Assembly: GCA_963752285.1 (NCBI GenBank)
Contig: CAVVXN010000005.1
Span: forward strand, 1,856,001 to 1,920,000
Length of the DNA: 64,000 nt
Direction of reading: 5' to 3'
DNA from: an uncultured Planctomycetota bacterium
GTDB taxonomy: Bacteria; Planctomycetota; PLA2; JAEUHO01
The position numbers were made by a program, and so were the translations under genes. Below are positions 36,442 to 48,131 of this stretch, one piece after another. Every line of letters starts with the position of its first letter. The first letter of the stretch is position 1. A model generated the notes under the pieces. The model had not been told where the DNA came from and searched no databases. It saw nothing but the letters and a program-made list of their open reading frames with translations.

Positions 36442-38436
36442 TCACATCGAGCACGACGCGAGCAGCGCCACGAGGGAGGCGAGCACCACGCCGAAAGAGA
36501 ACACGGTCACGTACCCGGACAGGCGTCCGTTCTCGATCCGACGCGTGCGATCGCCCGCGACCTTCACGAGGTACGAGGTGCCGTTCACGAAGAACCCGAT
36601 GATGATCCACCGCTCGAAGAGCCAGCAGAGGTGGGCGATACCCTGCTGGACGCGGCGCACCAGCCAGAGATAGAAGTCGTCCACGAAGTAGAGACGGCTC
36701 CACAGCGTCCAGACGGGCCCGAGCCGCCGGGGCAGGGGGTCCGTGCCCGGCGCCGCTCGTCGGTACACCGCGAACGAGAGGACGAAACCGGCCACTGCGA
36801 CCACGGTCGAGAGCAGCGCGACGGGGACGTGCATCGCCGCGGCCTCGCCGGTGTGCCAGGCTTCGAGGAAGTGCTCGAACCGGTTCGAGAGTCCGGGGAG
36901 GAACTTGTCGGGGACGCCGACGAACCCGATGAACACGCTGAAGAACGCGAGCGCCCAGAGCGGCCAGGTCATGACCCTCGGGCTCTCGTGCGGCTTGGCG
37001 TGTCCCCGGTACTCGCCGAAGAACGTCAGGATCCACGCGCGGCCCATGTAGAAGGACGTGATCCCCGCGGTGATGAGGCCGACGAGGAAGAGGAACTGGT
37101 GGCCGCCCACGCGGTCGGCGTGCAGCATCGACCCGAGGATCTCGTCCTTCGACCAGAAGCCCGCCATCGGGACGATGCCGCAGAGGGCCAGGGTGCCGAT
37201 CACGAAGGTCCGGTACGTCGAGGGCATCAGCTTGCGCAGGCCCCCCATCTTGAAGATGTCCTGCTCGTGGTGGCAGCCGTGGATCACGCTGCCGGCGTCG
37301 AGGAAGAGCAGAGCCTTGAAGAAGGCGTGGGTCGTCAGGTGGAACATCGCGGCCGTGTACGCGCCCGCGCCCAGCGCCATCGTCATGTACCCGAGCTGCG
37401 AGAGGGTCGAGTAGGCGAGGATCTTCTTGATGTCGCGCTGGGTGATGGCGATCGTGCCGGCGAGGAAGGCGGTGATCGTCCCGATCCACGCGACGGCCGT
37501 CGGCGCCCAGGCGGTGTTCTCGAAGAGGAAGAACGACCGCGTGACCATGTAGATGCCCGCCGCGACCATCGTGGCGGCGTGCATCAGCGCGGAGACCGGC
37601 GTGGGGCCCTCCATCGCGTCGGGCAGCCACACGTGCAGGGGGAACTGGGCGCTCTTTCCCATCGCGCCGGCGAAGATCAGGATCCCGGCCACGGCGGCCA
37701 CGGCGGCGCTGCCGAACAGGAGGTCGGGGCGGAGCATCCCGTCCACCGTCATGCCCGCGCGGAGCGCCTCGAAGTCGATCGTGTACACGCCGAGGAAGTG
37801 GCCCGCGGCGGCCCACACGGCCAGGATGCCGAGGAGGAAGCCGAAGTCGCCCACGCGGTTCGTCATGAAGGCCTTCTTGGCGGCCTCGCCCGCGGAGTGC
37901 TTCTTCCAGTAGTACCCGATCAGGAAGTAGGAGGACGCGCCGACGAGCTCCCAGAACACGAAGACCTGGAAGAAGTTCGGCGCCAGGACGATCCCCAGCA
38001 TCGAGAACACGAAGAGGGAGAACTTGCCGTAGAAGCGCCCCATCGAGGCGTCGCCGTGCATGTACCCCATCGCGTACACGAAGATCGCGAGGCCGACGCC
38101 CGTAACGACCAACGTCATGGTCAGCGCGAGCTCGTCGAGCCGCACGCCGAAGCTCACGTCCAGGTTGCCGGAGTGGATCCACGGGACGATCGCCTCGTGC
38201 GTCGTCATCCCGTGCTGGAGCGCGGGCAGGAAGTACACGAAGAAGGTGAGGGCGAAGCAGACGGCGACGCCGGCGACGGAGAGCCAGCCCGCGAGGGGAC
38301 CGCGGCGGCGGAGGACGGGGAGGACGAGCACGGCGGCCGCGATCGCGAGGGGCAGGAACAGGATGACCCACAGCAGCCAGTCCCCGGTCACGACGGGGAC
38401 GGTCTCGGAGGCCAGGAGCGGCAGGAAGCTCGTCAT
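36442..38436 (-). CDS. nuoL: NADH-quinone oxidoreductase subunit L
   Basis: Motifs GKSAQFPLHVWLPDAMEGPTPVSALMHAATMV and THAFFKALLFL. Confidence 0.97.
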   Translation of the reverse strand: MTSFLPLLASETVPVVTGDWLLWVILFLPLAIAAAVLVLPVLRRRGPLAGWLSVAGVAVCFALTFFVYFLPALQHGMTTHEAIVPWIHSGNLDVSFGVRLDELALTMTLVVTGVGLAIFVYAMGYMHGDASMGRFYGKFSLFVFSMLGIVLAPNFFQVFVFWELVGASSYFLIGYYWKKHSAGEAAKKAFMTNRVGDFGFLLGILAVWAAAGHFLGVYTIDFEALRAGMTVDGMLRPDLLFGSAAVAAVAGILIFAGAMGKSAQFPLHVWLPDAMEGPTPVSALMHAATMVAAGIYMVTRSFFLFENTAWAPTAVAWIGTITAFLAGTIAITQRDIKKILAYSTLSQLGYMTMALGAGAYTAAMFHLTTHAFFKALLFLDAGSVIHGCHHEQDIFKMGGLRKLMPSTYRTFVIGTLALCGIVPMAGFWSKDEILGSMLHADRVGGHQFLFLVGLITAGITSFYMGRAWILTFFGEYRGHAKPHESPRVMTWPLWALAFFSVFIGFVGVPDKFLPGLSNRFEHFLEAWHTGEAAAMHVPVALLSTVVAVAGFVLSFAVYRRAAPGTDPLPRRLGPVWTLWSRLYFVDDFYLWLVRRVQQGIAHLCWLFERWIIIGFFVNGTSYLVKVAGDRTRRIENGRLSGYVTVFSFGVVLASLVALLASCSM

Positions 38437-38957
38437 CGGACGACCTCCCCGCCGGTTCTGGCCGTCATCGGCTCGTCGCCGGTCTCGGCCGGCTCGCCCG
38501 TGGCGTGGGGCTCCTCCGCGTGATGGGGGTGCTCGGGCACGCCCTCGAGCTGCGGGTACACGACGGGTCCGTAGTCGACCTCGCCGAGCTCCGTCACCTC
38601 GCTGACGTCGGTCGTACGGCGCAGGCGGTAGACGGCGATCACGATCGCGAGCCCGACCGCCACCTCGGCGGCGGCCACCGTCATGCCGAAGAAGACGAAC
38701 ACCTGGCCGGTGGGGTTCCCCCAGACCTTCGAGAACGTCACGAACATGAGGTTCGCGGCGTTCAGCATGATCTCGACCGAGAGCAGCATGATGAGGACGT
38801 TCTTGCGGCAGGTCACGCCGGCGAGACCGATCGCGAACAGCGCCGCCGCGAGCAGGGTGGCGTGGTCGAGGGGCACGGCGGTCGCGAGGGTCGCGAGCCC
38901 GGGCACCGAGGGCACGAGCCCGCCGAGGGCCGGCAGCGCACAGAGGGCGGACGTCAC
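38433..38957 (-). CDS. nuoK: NADH-quinone oxidoreductase subunit K (extended, 174 aa)
   Basis: Motifs SVEIMLNAANL and VAAAEVAVGLAIV. GTGA overlap with nuoJ. The start could be further downstream. Confidence 0.93.
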   Translation of the reverse strand: MTSALCALPALGGLVPSVPGLATLATAVPLDHATLLAAALFAIGLAGVTCRKNVLIMLLSVEIMLNAANLMFVTFSKVWGNPTGQVFVFFGMTVAAAEVAVGLAIVIAVYRLRRTTDVSEVTELGEVDYGPVVYPQLEGVPEHPHHAEEPHATGEPAETGDEPMTARTGGEVVR

Positions 38958-39454
38958 GTGAGCCTCCGCTTCGTCAGGATCACCGCGCCGAGGATGGCGC
39001 CGAGCAGGAGGAAGCTCGTCACCTCGAACGCGAGCAGCCAGCGGTTGAAGAGCTCGAAGCCGATGGCGGACGCGGACCCGTCGGGTCCGCCGGCGACCGC
39101 CGGCTGGATCATCGCGCGAGAGCGCCAGAGCACGATGACCGCAACCGTGAGGAACCCGCCGGCGGCGACGACCCCCAGCCGGCGGAAGTCGGGCGAGGAG
39201 AGGATCGCCAGCTCCTCGTTCCTCAGGTCCAGCAGCATGATCACGAAGAGGAAGAGCACCATGATGGCGCCGGCGTAGACCAGCACCTGGACCACGGCTA
39301 CGAACCACGCCTCGAGCAGCACGAAGGTGCCGGCGAGCCCGAAGAACATCAGCACGAGCCAGAGGGCCGCGGCCACCGCGTTCTTGCGGGTCACCGCGAG
39401 CGTCGCCGAGACGAGCGCCGTCGCGCCGAAGAAGTAGAAGAGAACCTCGCTCAT
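38954..39454 (-). CDS. nuoJ: NADH-quinone oxidoreductase subunit J
   Basis: Motifs QVLVYAGAIMVLFLFVIMLL and FEVTSFLLL. Confidence 0.96.
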   Translation of the reverse strand: MSEVLFYFFGATALVSATLAVTRKNAVAAALWLVLMFFGLAGTFVLLEAWFVAVVQVLVYAGAIMVLFLFVIMLLDLRNEELAILSSPDFRRLGVVAAGGFLTVAVIVLWRSRAMIQPAVAGGPDGSASAIGFELFNRWLLAFEVTSFLLLGAILGAVILTKRRLT

Positions 39455-39547
39455 CGGTCGTTCACCGGCGGGACCTCGCGCCCCGCCCGTGCCTCCCTGG
39501 CCGGCCCGCCACGGGCCGGCGGCCGTTTGCTCGTACCCGGACGCGCC

Positions 39548-40054
39548 CTACTTGTGCGCCCACTTCTTGATGGGGTCGGGACGGACGCCGCCCATCTCGT
39601 AGAGCTTCTCCTTGTGGTGGATCAACGACTGCCGTGTCGGGCCCCAGAGTGCGTACTCCTTCGACATGAAGATCGCTTCCTCGGGGCACGCCTCCTCGCA
39701 GAGACCACAGAAGATGCAGCGGAGCATGTTGATGTCGAAGACCTCGGGGCCGCGCTCGACGGGGTTCCCGGGCTCCAGCTCGCCGGGCCGGATGTAGATC
39801 GCCTTGGGCGGGCACACGTACTCGCACAGCGAGCACGCCACGCACTTCGGACGGCCCTCGTCGTCCTGGACGAGCACCGGCGCGCCGCGGTAGCCCTCGC
39901 GGACCGACCACTTCTGCTCGGGGTACTCCATCGTCACCTTCCGCTGGAAGAGGGTGCGGAACGTGATGCTGAGCCCCTTCAGGATGCCGGGCAGGTAGAG
40001 CCGCTCGGCGAAGGTCGGAGGATGGCGGTCTACCGGCTTCGTGCGAACGGTCAT
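39548..40054 (-). CDS. nuoI: NADH-quinone oxidoreductase subunit I
   Basis: Two 4Fe-4S motifs, CVACSLCEYVCP and CIFCGLCEEACP. Confidence 0.97.
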   Translation of the reverse strand: MTVRTKPVDRHPPTFAERLYLPGILKGLSITFRTLFQRKVTMEYPEQKWSVREGYRGAPVLVQDDEGRPKCVACSLCEYVCPPKAIYIRPGELEPGNPVERGPEVFDINMLRCIFCGLCEEACPEEAIFMSKEYALWGPTRQSLIHHKEKLYEMGGVRPDPIKKWAHK

Positions 40055-41268
40055 GTCGGGAGCTCCTCACCGGCCGGCGCGGCGTTCTCGGCGAGCCGCG
40101 GCACCGCCGCGCGGGGCGGCACCAGCCACGCGACCAGCAGCCCGGCCGCGATCAGGACGACCGGCAGCACCCAGGCCACCCAGGCGGCGTCGAGGGCGAG
40201 CGCCGCGGCCGTCAACACGATGTTCAGGAGGGCGAGCGGCAGGAACCAGCCCCAGCCGAGCCGCATGAGCTGGTCGTAGCGAAACCGGGGCAGGGTCCAC
40301 CGCACCCAGATGAAGAGGAAGAGGAACGCGGCCATCTTCGCGACGAAGATCGCGAGACCGACGAGCCATCCGGCGCGCTCGAGCCCGAAGAGCGTCCAGC
40401 CGCCGGCGAACAGGGTGACCGCGAGGGCGGCGGCCACGACCATGTTCACGTACTCGGCCAGGAAGAACGCCGCGAACTTCATCGCCGAGTACTCCGTGTG
40501 GTACCCGGCGACGATCTCGTGCTCGGCCTCGGGGAGGTCGAAGGGCAGTCGGTTCGTCTCGGCGTAGGACGACACGAGGAAGATGAAGAAGGCCACGGGC
40601 TGCTGGAACATCAGCCACGTGGTGCCGCCCTGGTATCCGACGATGTCGCCGAGTCGCAGCGACGACACGACCAGCACGATCGAGACGACGGCCAGGCCCA
40701 TGCTGAGCTCGTACGAGACCATCTGGGCGCTCGAACGGACGCCGCCCAGCAGCGAGTACTTGCCGTTGCTCGCCCAGCCGCCGAGCGTGATCCCGTAGAC
40801 CCCGAGGCTCGCGATGGCCAGGATGTAGAGGACGCCGATGTCGAGGTCGGCGAGCTGGAACGAGTGCCAAGCGCCCTCGCCGACCGAGCCCGTGTAGGGC
40901 ACGACCGCGAACGTGACCAGCGCGGGGATCAGGCTGATCCCGGGCGCGATCAGGTACATGAAGCGGTTCACGTGCGCCGGGACGAAGTCCTCCTTGAAGA
41001 TGAACTTGCCCAGGTCGGCGATGGGCTGGAGGAGGCCCTCGGGTCCCACGCGGTTCGGTCCCATCCGGCCCTGGATCCACGCGGCGATCCGCCGCTCGGC
41101 CCACACGAGGAGGGCCGCGACGAGAAGGAGGACGTTCAGGACGACGAACGCCAGGACGAGACGCCCGACGACCCAGCCGAGCGTGCTGCCGCCGGCCTCC
41201 GGCGGCGCGAAGACGTCGAAGATCCCGGCGACGGTCGGCGCGAGCGCCCGGTCCACGAACGCACTCAT
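40051..41268 (-). CDS. nuoH: NADH-quinone oxidoreductase subunit H
   Basis: Motifs RMGPNRVGPEGLLQPIAD, ETNRLPFDLPEAE and PRFRYDQLM. Confidence 0.97.
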   Translation of the reverse strand: MSAFVDRALAPTVAGIFDVFAPPEAGGSTLGWVVGRLVLAFVVLNVLLLVAALLVWAERRIAAWIQGRMGPNRVGPEGLLQPIADLGKFIFKEDFVPAHVNRFMYLIAPGISLIPALVTFAVVPYTGSVGEGAWHSFQLADLDIGVLYILAIASLGVYGITLGGWASNGKYSLLGGVRSSAQMVSYELSMGLAVVSIVLVVSSLRLGDIVGYQGGTTWLMFQQPVAFFIFLVSSYAETNRLPFDLPEAEHEIVAGYHTEYSAMKFAAFFLAEYVNMVVAAALAVTLFAGGWTLFGLERAGWLVGLAIFVAKMAAFLFLFIWVRWTLPRFRYDQLMRLGWGWFLPLALLNIVLTAAALALDAAWVAWVLPVVLIAAGLLVAWLVPPRAAVPRLAENAAPAGEELPT

Positions 41269-42806
41269 GACGCGCTCCCGGCGGTCGCGGCCACGCCCTC
41301 GGCGACGGGCCAGGGCGCCGCGGCGAAGGCGGGCAGCGCGCGAAGCGCGTCTCGCACGCCGTCCCGACCGCGCGGCGCGCAGTCGGCGTCGAGCTCCAGG
41401 AGGAGCTCCTCGAGCGCCTCGTCCGCCGCGAGCAGGTCCGGCGAGCCCACCGCGGCGAGGCGTCGCATCTCCTGCACGCGGCCGTCCACGTTCACCATCA
41501 GGCCGTCCCGCTCCGCCCACGAGCCGTAGGGAAGCGCGACGCGCGCCGAGGCGGGCAGGTACGCCTGGTCGGTCGCGAAGACCACGACGGCGCCGGTCGC
41601 GTCGCGCATCGCGGCCGGGACGTTTTCGTCGCGCTCGACCACCAGGACCGCGGCGGGCGCGGGGGCCGTCTGCCGCGCGAGCCCGAGCATCTCGGCGCCC
41701 TTCGCGTTGGCGGCCTTCTCGTTCACGATCAGGAAGTCGTCGCCGTCGTCGCCCACCCGACCCGCGAACCGCGCGCGCCCGCCGAGCGCGCCGGCGAGGT
41801 CCTGGAGGAGCCGCATCTCCTCGAGCGTGGCGCCGCCGTCTGCGAGGACGTCGCCCTTCTGCCCCCGGAGCGCGACCGCCGCGGCGTGGATCGCGTCGTC
41901 CCACGAGACCGGCTGCCACGCGCCGCCCTCCTCGCGGACGGCGGGCACGGCGAGACGGCTCGCGGAGTTGACGTGCGCGTAGCCGAGACGCCCCGGGTCG
42001 CACATCCACCACTGGTTCACGTCGGGGTTCTCGCGCGGCTCCATCCGGAGGAACCGCCCGCCGCGGCCGCCGAGGACCACGTTGCAGCCCCGCGCGCAGC
42101 CGGTGCAGATCGACGGCGCGAAGTCCATGAACCACAGCCGGCTCTTGAACCGGAAGTCGCGGCTGGTCAGGGCGCCGACCGGGCAGAGGTCGATGACGTT
42201 CATCGCGTAGCGCGTCTCGAACTCGCCCCTCGACCACATCACCACGATCTCGTGGTCGCCGCGGGCGGCCATCGAGAGCTCGTGCGTCTTCGTGACCTCG
42301 TCCGTGAACCGGACGCAGCGCGTGCACTTGATGCACCGCTCCGAGTCGTAGACCACGCTCTCGCCGAAGGGCACGTTCTTCGGGCCGTGCGTCTTCTCGG
42401 TGGTCGAGCGGCTCTCGCCCTGTCCGACCTGGTACGCGAAGTCCTGGAGGCGGCACTCGCCCGCCTGGTCGCAGATCGGACAGTCCAGCGGGTGGTTGAC
42501 GAGCAGGAACTCCATCGTCGCCGCGCGCGCGGACTTCGCGAGCTCGCTCTGCGTCTCGACGGCCATCCCCGGGGCAGGCAAGATCTTGCAGGCGATCTGC
42601 GGCTTCGGGCTGCCCTTCACCTCGACCATGCAGATGCGGCAGTTCCCCGCGATCGACAGCCCAGGGTGGTAGCAGTAGTACGGGATGTCGATCCCGGCGT
42701 CCTTCGCGATCTGGATCACGGTGCGGCCCGGCACGACCGGGAGCTCGCGACCGTCCACGGTGAAGGTCGGCGGGGTGGAGGAAGGGCTGGGCGAGGAGGC
42801 GGCCAT
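41265..42806 (-). CDS. nuoG: NADH-quinone oxidoreductase subunit G (short form, 513 aa)
   Basis: Motifs CYHPGLSIAGNCRIC, HPLDCPICDQAGEC, CIKCTRC...CPVGAL and CTGCARGC...MCDPGR. Confidence 0.95.
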   Translation of the reverse strand: MAASSPSPSSTPPTFTVDGRELPVVPGRTVIQIAKDAGIDIPYYCYHPGLSIAGNCRICMVEVKGSPKPQIACKILPAPGMAVETQSELAKSARAATMEFLLVNHPLDCPICDQAGECRLQDFAYQVGQGESRSTTEKTHGPKNVPFGESVVYDSERCIKCTRCVRFTDEVTKTHELSMAARGDHEIVVMWSRGEFETRYAMNVIDLCPVGALTSRDFRFKSRLWFMDFAPSICTGCARGCNVVLGGRGGRFLRMEPRENPDVNQWWMCDPGRLGYAHVNSASRLAVPAVREEGGAWQPVSWDDAIHAAAVALRGQKGDVLADGGATLEEMRLLQDLAGALGGRARFAGRVGDDGDDFLIVNEKAANAKGAEMLGLARQTAPAPAAVLVVERDENVPAAMRDATGAVVVFATDQAYLPASARVALPYGSWAERDGLMVNVDGRVQEMRRLAAVGSPDLLAADEALEELLLELDADCAPRGRDGVRDALRALPAFAAAPWPVAEGVAATAGSAS

Positions 42807-42808
42807 CG

Positions 42809-44140
<1,332 letters not shown>

Positions 44141-44144
44141 CGGG

Positions 44145-44741
44145 CTACTCGCAGGCGTCCAGGAGGCGGCCGAGCTCGTCCGGCGTCACCTCGACGTGGG
44201 GTTCTCCGTCCACGAAGACGGCGGGAGCGACCTCGCAGAGCCCGAGGCACTCCATCTCCATCACGGTGAAGCGGCCGTCCTCGCCCGTCTGGGGGTGGTT
44301 GTTCCCGCGCCGCTCGAGCCCCGCCTTCTCGTAGGCGACGCAGGAGAGCGCCTCGGCGCCGCGGAGCCAGCACGTGAGCGTGCGGCAGATCCACACCTCG
44401 TGGCGGCCCCGGGGCTCGGTGTGGTACATCGCGTAGAACGACAACACGCCGCGGACGTGCGCGGGGGAGCACCCGATGTACGCGGCGACGCCGGCCTCGA
44501 CCTCGGGCGAGACCCAGCCACCGAAACGCCGCTGCGCCACGTGGAGGATCGGGAGCAGCGCCGCGAGGCGCGTCGGGTACCGCCGGACGATGCCGTCGCA
44601 GAGCCCCCGCAGGTCGTCGGGCGGAAACGCGACCGGCTCCGGAGGCGCCGGGCGGTCCACGGCGGGCGCGGCCGTGCCGGGAACCGTCCGCGACGCGGCG
44701 ATCTCGGTGGAGGGGACGGGCGGGACGTGGCGCGCGTTCAC
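44145..44741 (-). CDS. nuoE: NADH-quinone oxidoreductase subunit E
   Basis: 2Fe-2S motifs CRTLTC and ECLGLC..AP. GTGA overlap with nuoD. Confidence 0.94.
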   Translation of the reverse strand: MNARHVPPVPSTEIAASRTVPGTAAPAVDRPAPPEPVAFPPDDLRGLCDGIVRRYPTRLAALLPILHVAQRRFGGWVSPEVEAGVAAYIGCSPAHVRGVLSFYAMYHTEPRGRHEVWICRTLTCWLRGAEALSCVAYEKAGLERRGNNHPQTGEDGRFTVMEMECLGLCEVAPAVFVDGEPHVEVTPDELGRLLDACE

Positions 44742-45985
44742 TTGTCGCACTCCCCCATCACGAAGTCGTAGGAGCCCAGGATCGCGGTCACGTCGGCGAC
44801 CATGTGCCCCGGGATGACCTCCTTCAAGCTGTGGAGGTTCACGAAGGAGGGCGCGCGCATCTTGAGGCGCCAGGGCGCCGCGCCGCCTTCCGACCGGATG
44901 TAGTAGCCGTGCTCGCCCTTCGGGTTTTCGATGTAGGAGTGGACCTCGCCCTTCGGCGTGTCCATCTCGCCCGTGACGAGCATGAACTGGTGGATCAGCT
45001 GCTCCATCCCGGTCAGGACCTCGACCTTGGGGGGGAGCACGAACTTCGGCTCGTCCGCGAGGATCGGGCCGGAGGGGATCTTGTCGATCGCCTGCTGCAC
45101 GATCCGCGACGACTGGCGCATCTCCTCCAGACGGACGAGGTAGCGGTCGTACGCGTCGCCGTGCTCGCCGTACGGGACGTCGAAGTCGTACTGCTCGTAC
45201 CCGAAGTACGGCCGGTCCTTCCGCACGTCGTACGCGACGCCCGAGCCCCGGAGCACGGGGCCCGTGAGGCTGTAGTCGAGCGCCATCTCCCGCGAGATCA
45301 GGCCGACGCCCTCCGTGCGGAGGCGCCAGATGCGGTTCTTCGTGAGGAGGCGCTCCCAGACGTCCACCTTCGCCGGGAACCCCGCGCAGAACTCGCGCAC
45401 CTCGCCAAGCCAGCCCTCCTCGACGTCGCGGGCGACGCCGCCGACGCGGGTGTACGAGGTCGTGAATCGCGCGCCCGTCAGGAACTCGAAGAAGTTGTAG
45501 AGGGTCTCGCGCTCCGTGAACGTGTAGAGGAACACGGTCACCGCGCCGAGGTCCATCGCGTACGCGCCGAGACCGAGCAGATGGCTCGACATCCGCGCGA
45601 GCTCGCAGACGATCACGCGGATGGCCTGCGCGCGGGGCGGTGCCTCGATGCCGCACGCGCGCTCGGCGGCCAGGGCGATCGCGCAGTTGTTCGAGAGCGG
45701 GGCCAGGTAGTCCAGCCGGTCCGTGTACGGGATGAACCGGTGGTAGCCGAGCGTCTCCCCGAGCTTCTCCATGCCCCGGTGGAGGTATCCCACGTCCGGG
45801 ACGCACTTCACGATGCGCTCGCCGTCGAGCTCCAGGAGGAGCCGGAGCACGCCGTGCGTGGACGGGTGCGACGGCCCCATGTTGAGCACCATGCGCTCGC
45901 CGATGTCCTCGCCGGACTCGAGCCGGATGTCCGGCGCGTCGGTCGGCGGCGGGAGGGTCGGGGGTCGTTCGGGAGGGACGTTCAT
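44738..45985 (-). CDS. nuoD: NADH-quinone oxidoreductase subunit D
   Basis: Motifs LNMGPSHPSTHGVLRL, GYLHRGMEK, ENPKGE and DFVMGECDK. Confidence 0.97.
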   Translation of the reverse strand: MNVPPERPPTLPPPTDAPDIRLESGEDIGERMVLNMGPSHPSTHGVLRLLLELDGERIVKCVPDVGYLHRGMEKLGETLGYHRFIPYTDRLDYLAPLSNNCAIALAAERACGIEAPPRAQAIRVIVCELARMSSHLLGLGAYAMDLGAVTVFLYTFTERETLYNFFEFLTGARFTTSYTRVGGVARDVEEGWLGEVREFCAGFPAKVDVWERLLTKNRIWRLRTEGVGLISREMALDYSLTGPVLRGSGVAYDVRKDRPYFGYEQYDFDVPYGEHGDAYDRYLVRLEEMRQSSRIVQQAIDKIPSGPILADEPKFVLPPKVEVLTGMEQLIHQFMLVTGEMDTPKGEVHSYIENPKGEHGYYIRSEGGAAPWRLKMRAPSFVNLHSLKEVIPGHMVADVTAILGSYDFVMGECDK

Positions 45986-46108
45986 GGGGGCGGGACCTAC
46001 GAGGCGGAGGGGCACGCGGGCGGGCGGGGGACGGCACGAGGCGACCGGCGGACGAAGGAACCCGCTGCGGCGGGCGGTAGGGCGAGCCCTGGTCGGTCGG
46101 CTCGACGG

Positions 46109-46612
46109 TCAGTCACGGAACCTCAGGTGTCCCTGCAGGGGGAAGTCGCGGCGCATCGGCCAGCCGTCGTAGCTCTGCGGCAGGTAGATGCGCGTGAGAT
46201 CGGGATGGCCCTCGAACGCGACGCCGAACATGTCGTACGTCTCGCGCTCCGCCCAGTTCGCGGCCTCCCACAGCGGGGTCAGGCTCGCGACCGGCTCGCC
46301 GTCGGCCGTACGGGTCTTGACCACCAGGCGGTCCTGCGTCTCCCGGTTCATGAGGATCACGAGGACGGTGAGGCGCGGGCGGCGCGCCGGGTAGTCGACG
46401 GCCGTGTGGTCCACGAAACCGGACCAGCCCGCGTCCTTCAAGGCCTTCACCGCGTCGAAGAAGGCCTCCTTCTCGACGAGGACCGCGCGGAAGCCGTGGT
46501 GCTCGGACCAGCGCGGGTGGAAGGGCGACAGCGCCGCGACCGCCGCGGAGGGCGCGCCCTCGGGCGGCTCGTCGAGGTACGCAATGGAGCTCTCGGTCGG
46601 GTCGTGTTTCAT
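46109..46612 (-). CDS. nuoC: NADH-quinone oxidoreductase subunit C
   Basis: Motif ANWAERETYDMFGVAFEGHPDLTRI...PMRRDFPL. Confidence 0.96.
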   Translation of the reverse strand: MKHDPTESSIAYLDEPPEGAPSAAVAALSPFHPRWSEHHGFRAVLVEKEAFFDAVKALKDAGWSGFVDHTAVDYPARRPRLTVLVILMNRETQDRLVVKTRTADGEPVASLTPLWEAANWAERETYDMFGVAFEGHPDLTRIYLPQSYDGWPMRRDFPLQGHLRFRD

Positions 46613-46682
46613 GGCCGTCGGTGGTCGTCCCGGAGCGGTTCGGATCGCGGTTCGGACGGGAGGAGAGGATCGCCGCTGCCGG

Positions 46683-47387
46683 TCAGCGGACCTCCTCCAC
46701 GGGCTTCGTGCGGCGGACGCCCGTCTGCGGGCCCTCCTCGGCGAAGTGCTCGTCGGTCGTCGCCAGGGCGACGGGGGCCGGTTCGCCGGAGAGGCCGCCC
46801 GAGGTCGGCGCGACCCGGAGCGGCCCCGTGCCGCGGGCCTCGGGCCGCTGGAGCTCGAGGCGATAGGACCGGTCCCTCTCGATCTTCTTCTGCAGCTGCA
46901 TCAGGCACTCGAGCACGGCGTCGGGCCGCGGCGGGCACCCCGGGATGTAGAAGTCCACGGGGATGAACTCGTCGATGCCCTGCACGACGGGATACGACCG
47001 GAACATCCCGCCCGACGACGCGCACGCGCCCATCGCGATGACCCACTTCGGCTCGGACATCTGGTCGTAGAGCCGCGACATCACGTGCGCCATCTTGTAC
47101 GTGAGGGTGCCCGCGACGAGCATCAGGTCGGCTTGCCGCGGGGAGAAGCGCGCGACCTCCATGCCGAAGCGCGCCATGTCGTAGCGGCTCGCCGCGGTGG
47201 CCATGAACTCGATGCCGCAGCAGGAGAGGCCGAGGGGCAGAGGCCACACGCTGTTCTTCCGGCACCAGTTGGCCATCGCCTGGACGCTCGTCAGGAGGAA
47301 CGAGCCCTCGCTGCTGCCGGACGCCTCGAGGACGTCGGCCTTCGCGCTCGAAGCCTGCTGCTCGTCGGACGTGGCTCGCGGTTCCAT
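46683..47387 (-). CDS. nuoB: NADH-quinone oxidoreductase subunit B
   Basis: Motifs [23 protein letters not shown] and IPGCPPRP. Confidence 0.97.
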   Translation of the reverse strand: MEPRATSDEQQASSAKADVLEASGSSEGSFLLTSVQAMANWCRKNSVWPLPLGLSCCGIEFMATAASRYDMARFGMEVARFSPRQADLMLVAGTLTYKMAHVMSRLYDQMSEPKWVIAMGACASSGGMFRSYPVVQGIDEFIPVDFYIPGCPPRPDAVLECLMQLQKKIERDRSYRLELQRPEARGTGPLRVAPTSGGLSGEPAPVALATTDEHFAEEGPQTGVRRTKPVEEVR

Positions 47388-47410
47388 GGCGTGTCCTTTC
47401 CGGCCCTCCG

Positions 47411-47839
47411 CTACTCCTTCGACCAGTTCACGGCGCCCTTCTTGATCACGTAGAACCAGCCGAGGAAGAGGATCCCGAGGAACACGATCATCTCGCCCAG
47501 CAGGAACAGGGGCTGCTGCCGGAAGTGAACCGCCCACGGGTAGAGGAAGACCACCTCGATGTCGAACAGAACGAAGAGGAGGGCGACCAGGTAGAACTTC
47601 ACGCTGAACCGCTGGTGCGCGTCGGTGAGCGGCGGCATGCCGCACTCGTACGCCGCGTCCTTGACGGGGTTCGTGGGCGCCTTCGCGCCGGCGGCCCACG
47701 AGAGCGTGAAGATCAGCACGGCGAAGACCAGGGCGAAGCCGAACATCACCAGGACGGGGAGGTACTCGCCGAGGTCGGACGCCAGCACACCTCGCAGTGC
47801 TTCGAGCCCGTTTCCGGCCTGGACCAGGATCGTCGTCAT
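47411..47839 (-). CDS. nuoA: NADH-quinone oxidoreductase subunit A
   Basis: Motifs YECG and [22 protein letters not shown]. Confidence 0.96.
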   Translation of the reverse strand: MTTILVQAGNGLEALRGVLASDLGEYLPVLVMFGFALVFAVLIFTLSWAAGAKAPTNPVKDAAYECGMPPLTDAHQRFSVKFYLVALLFVLFDIEVVFLYPWAVHFRQQPLFLLGEMIVFLGILFLGWFYVIKKGAVNWSKE

Positions 47840-47998
47840 CCGCGCGCTCCGTGGGAGGGTCCACACGGCCCGGGGAACCGGGTTGGCGGCCCATTCAAAG
47901 GCGGCCGCGGCCGCCTTGCGACGAATACCCCACCGGCCCCCGGGAGGTGCGGACGTCGCGCCCGCGTCCGGCCCCCGCCGACGGTGGATTTGTCCAAG

Positions 47999-48004
47999 AA
48001 TATA
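47999..48004 (-). promoter_or_regulatory. -10-like TATATT upstream of the nuo operon
   Basis: An AT-rich island in the divergent intergenic region. No matching -35 was seen. Confidence 0.4.
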
Positions 48005-48131
48005 CGCGGGCAACGAGGGCGGGACGGGGGTCCGGAACGGGGCGAAAGGCGGGGGTCCGTCGGGTCGGAGACGGCGCGCCCGCCGCGCGCGCGATCGGAG
48101 GCGGAGCGCCGCTGGAGTACCGTGCGTGGCG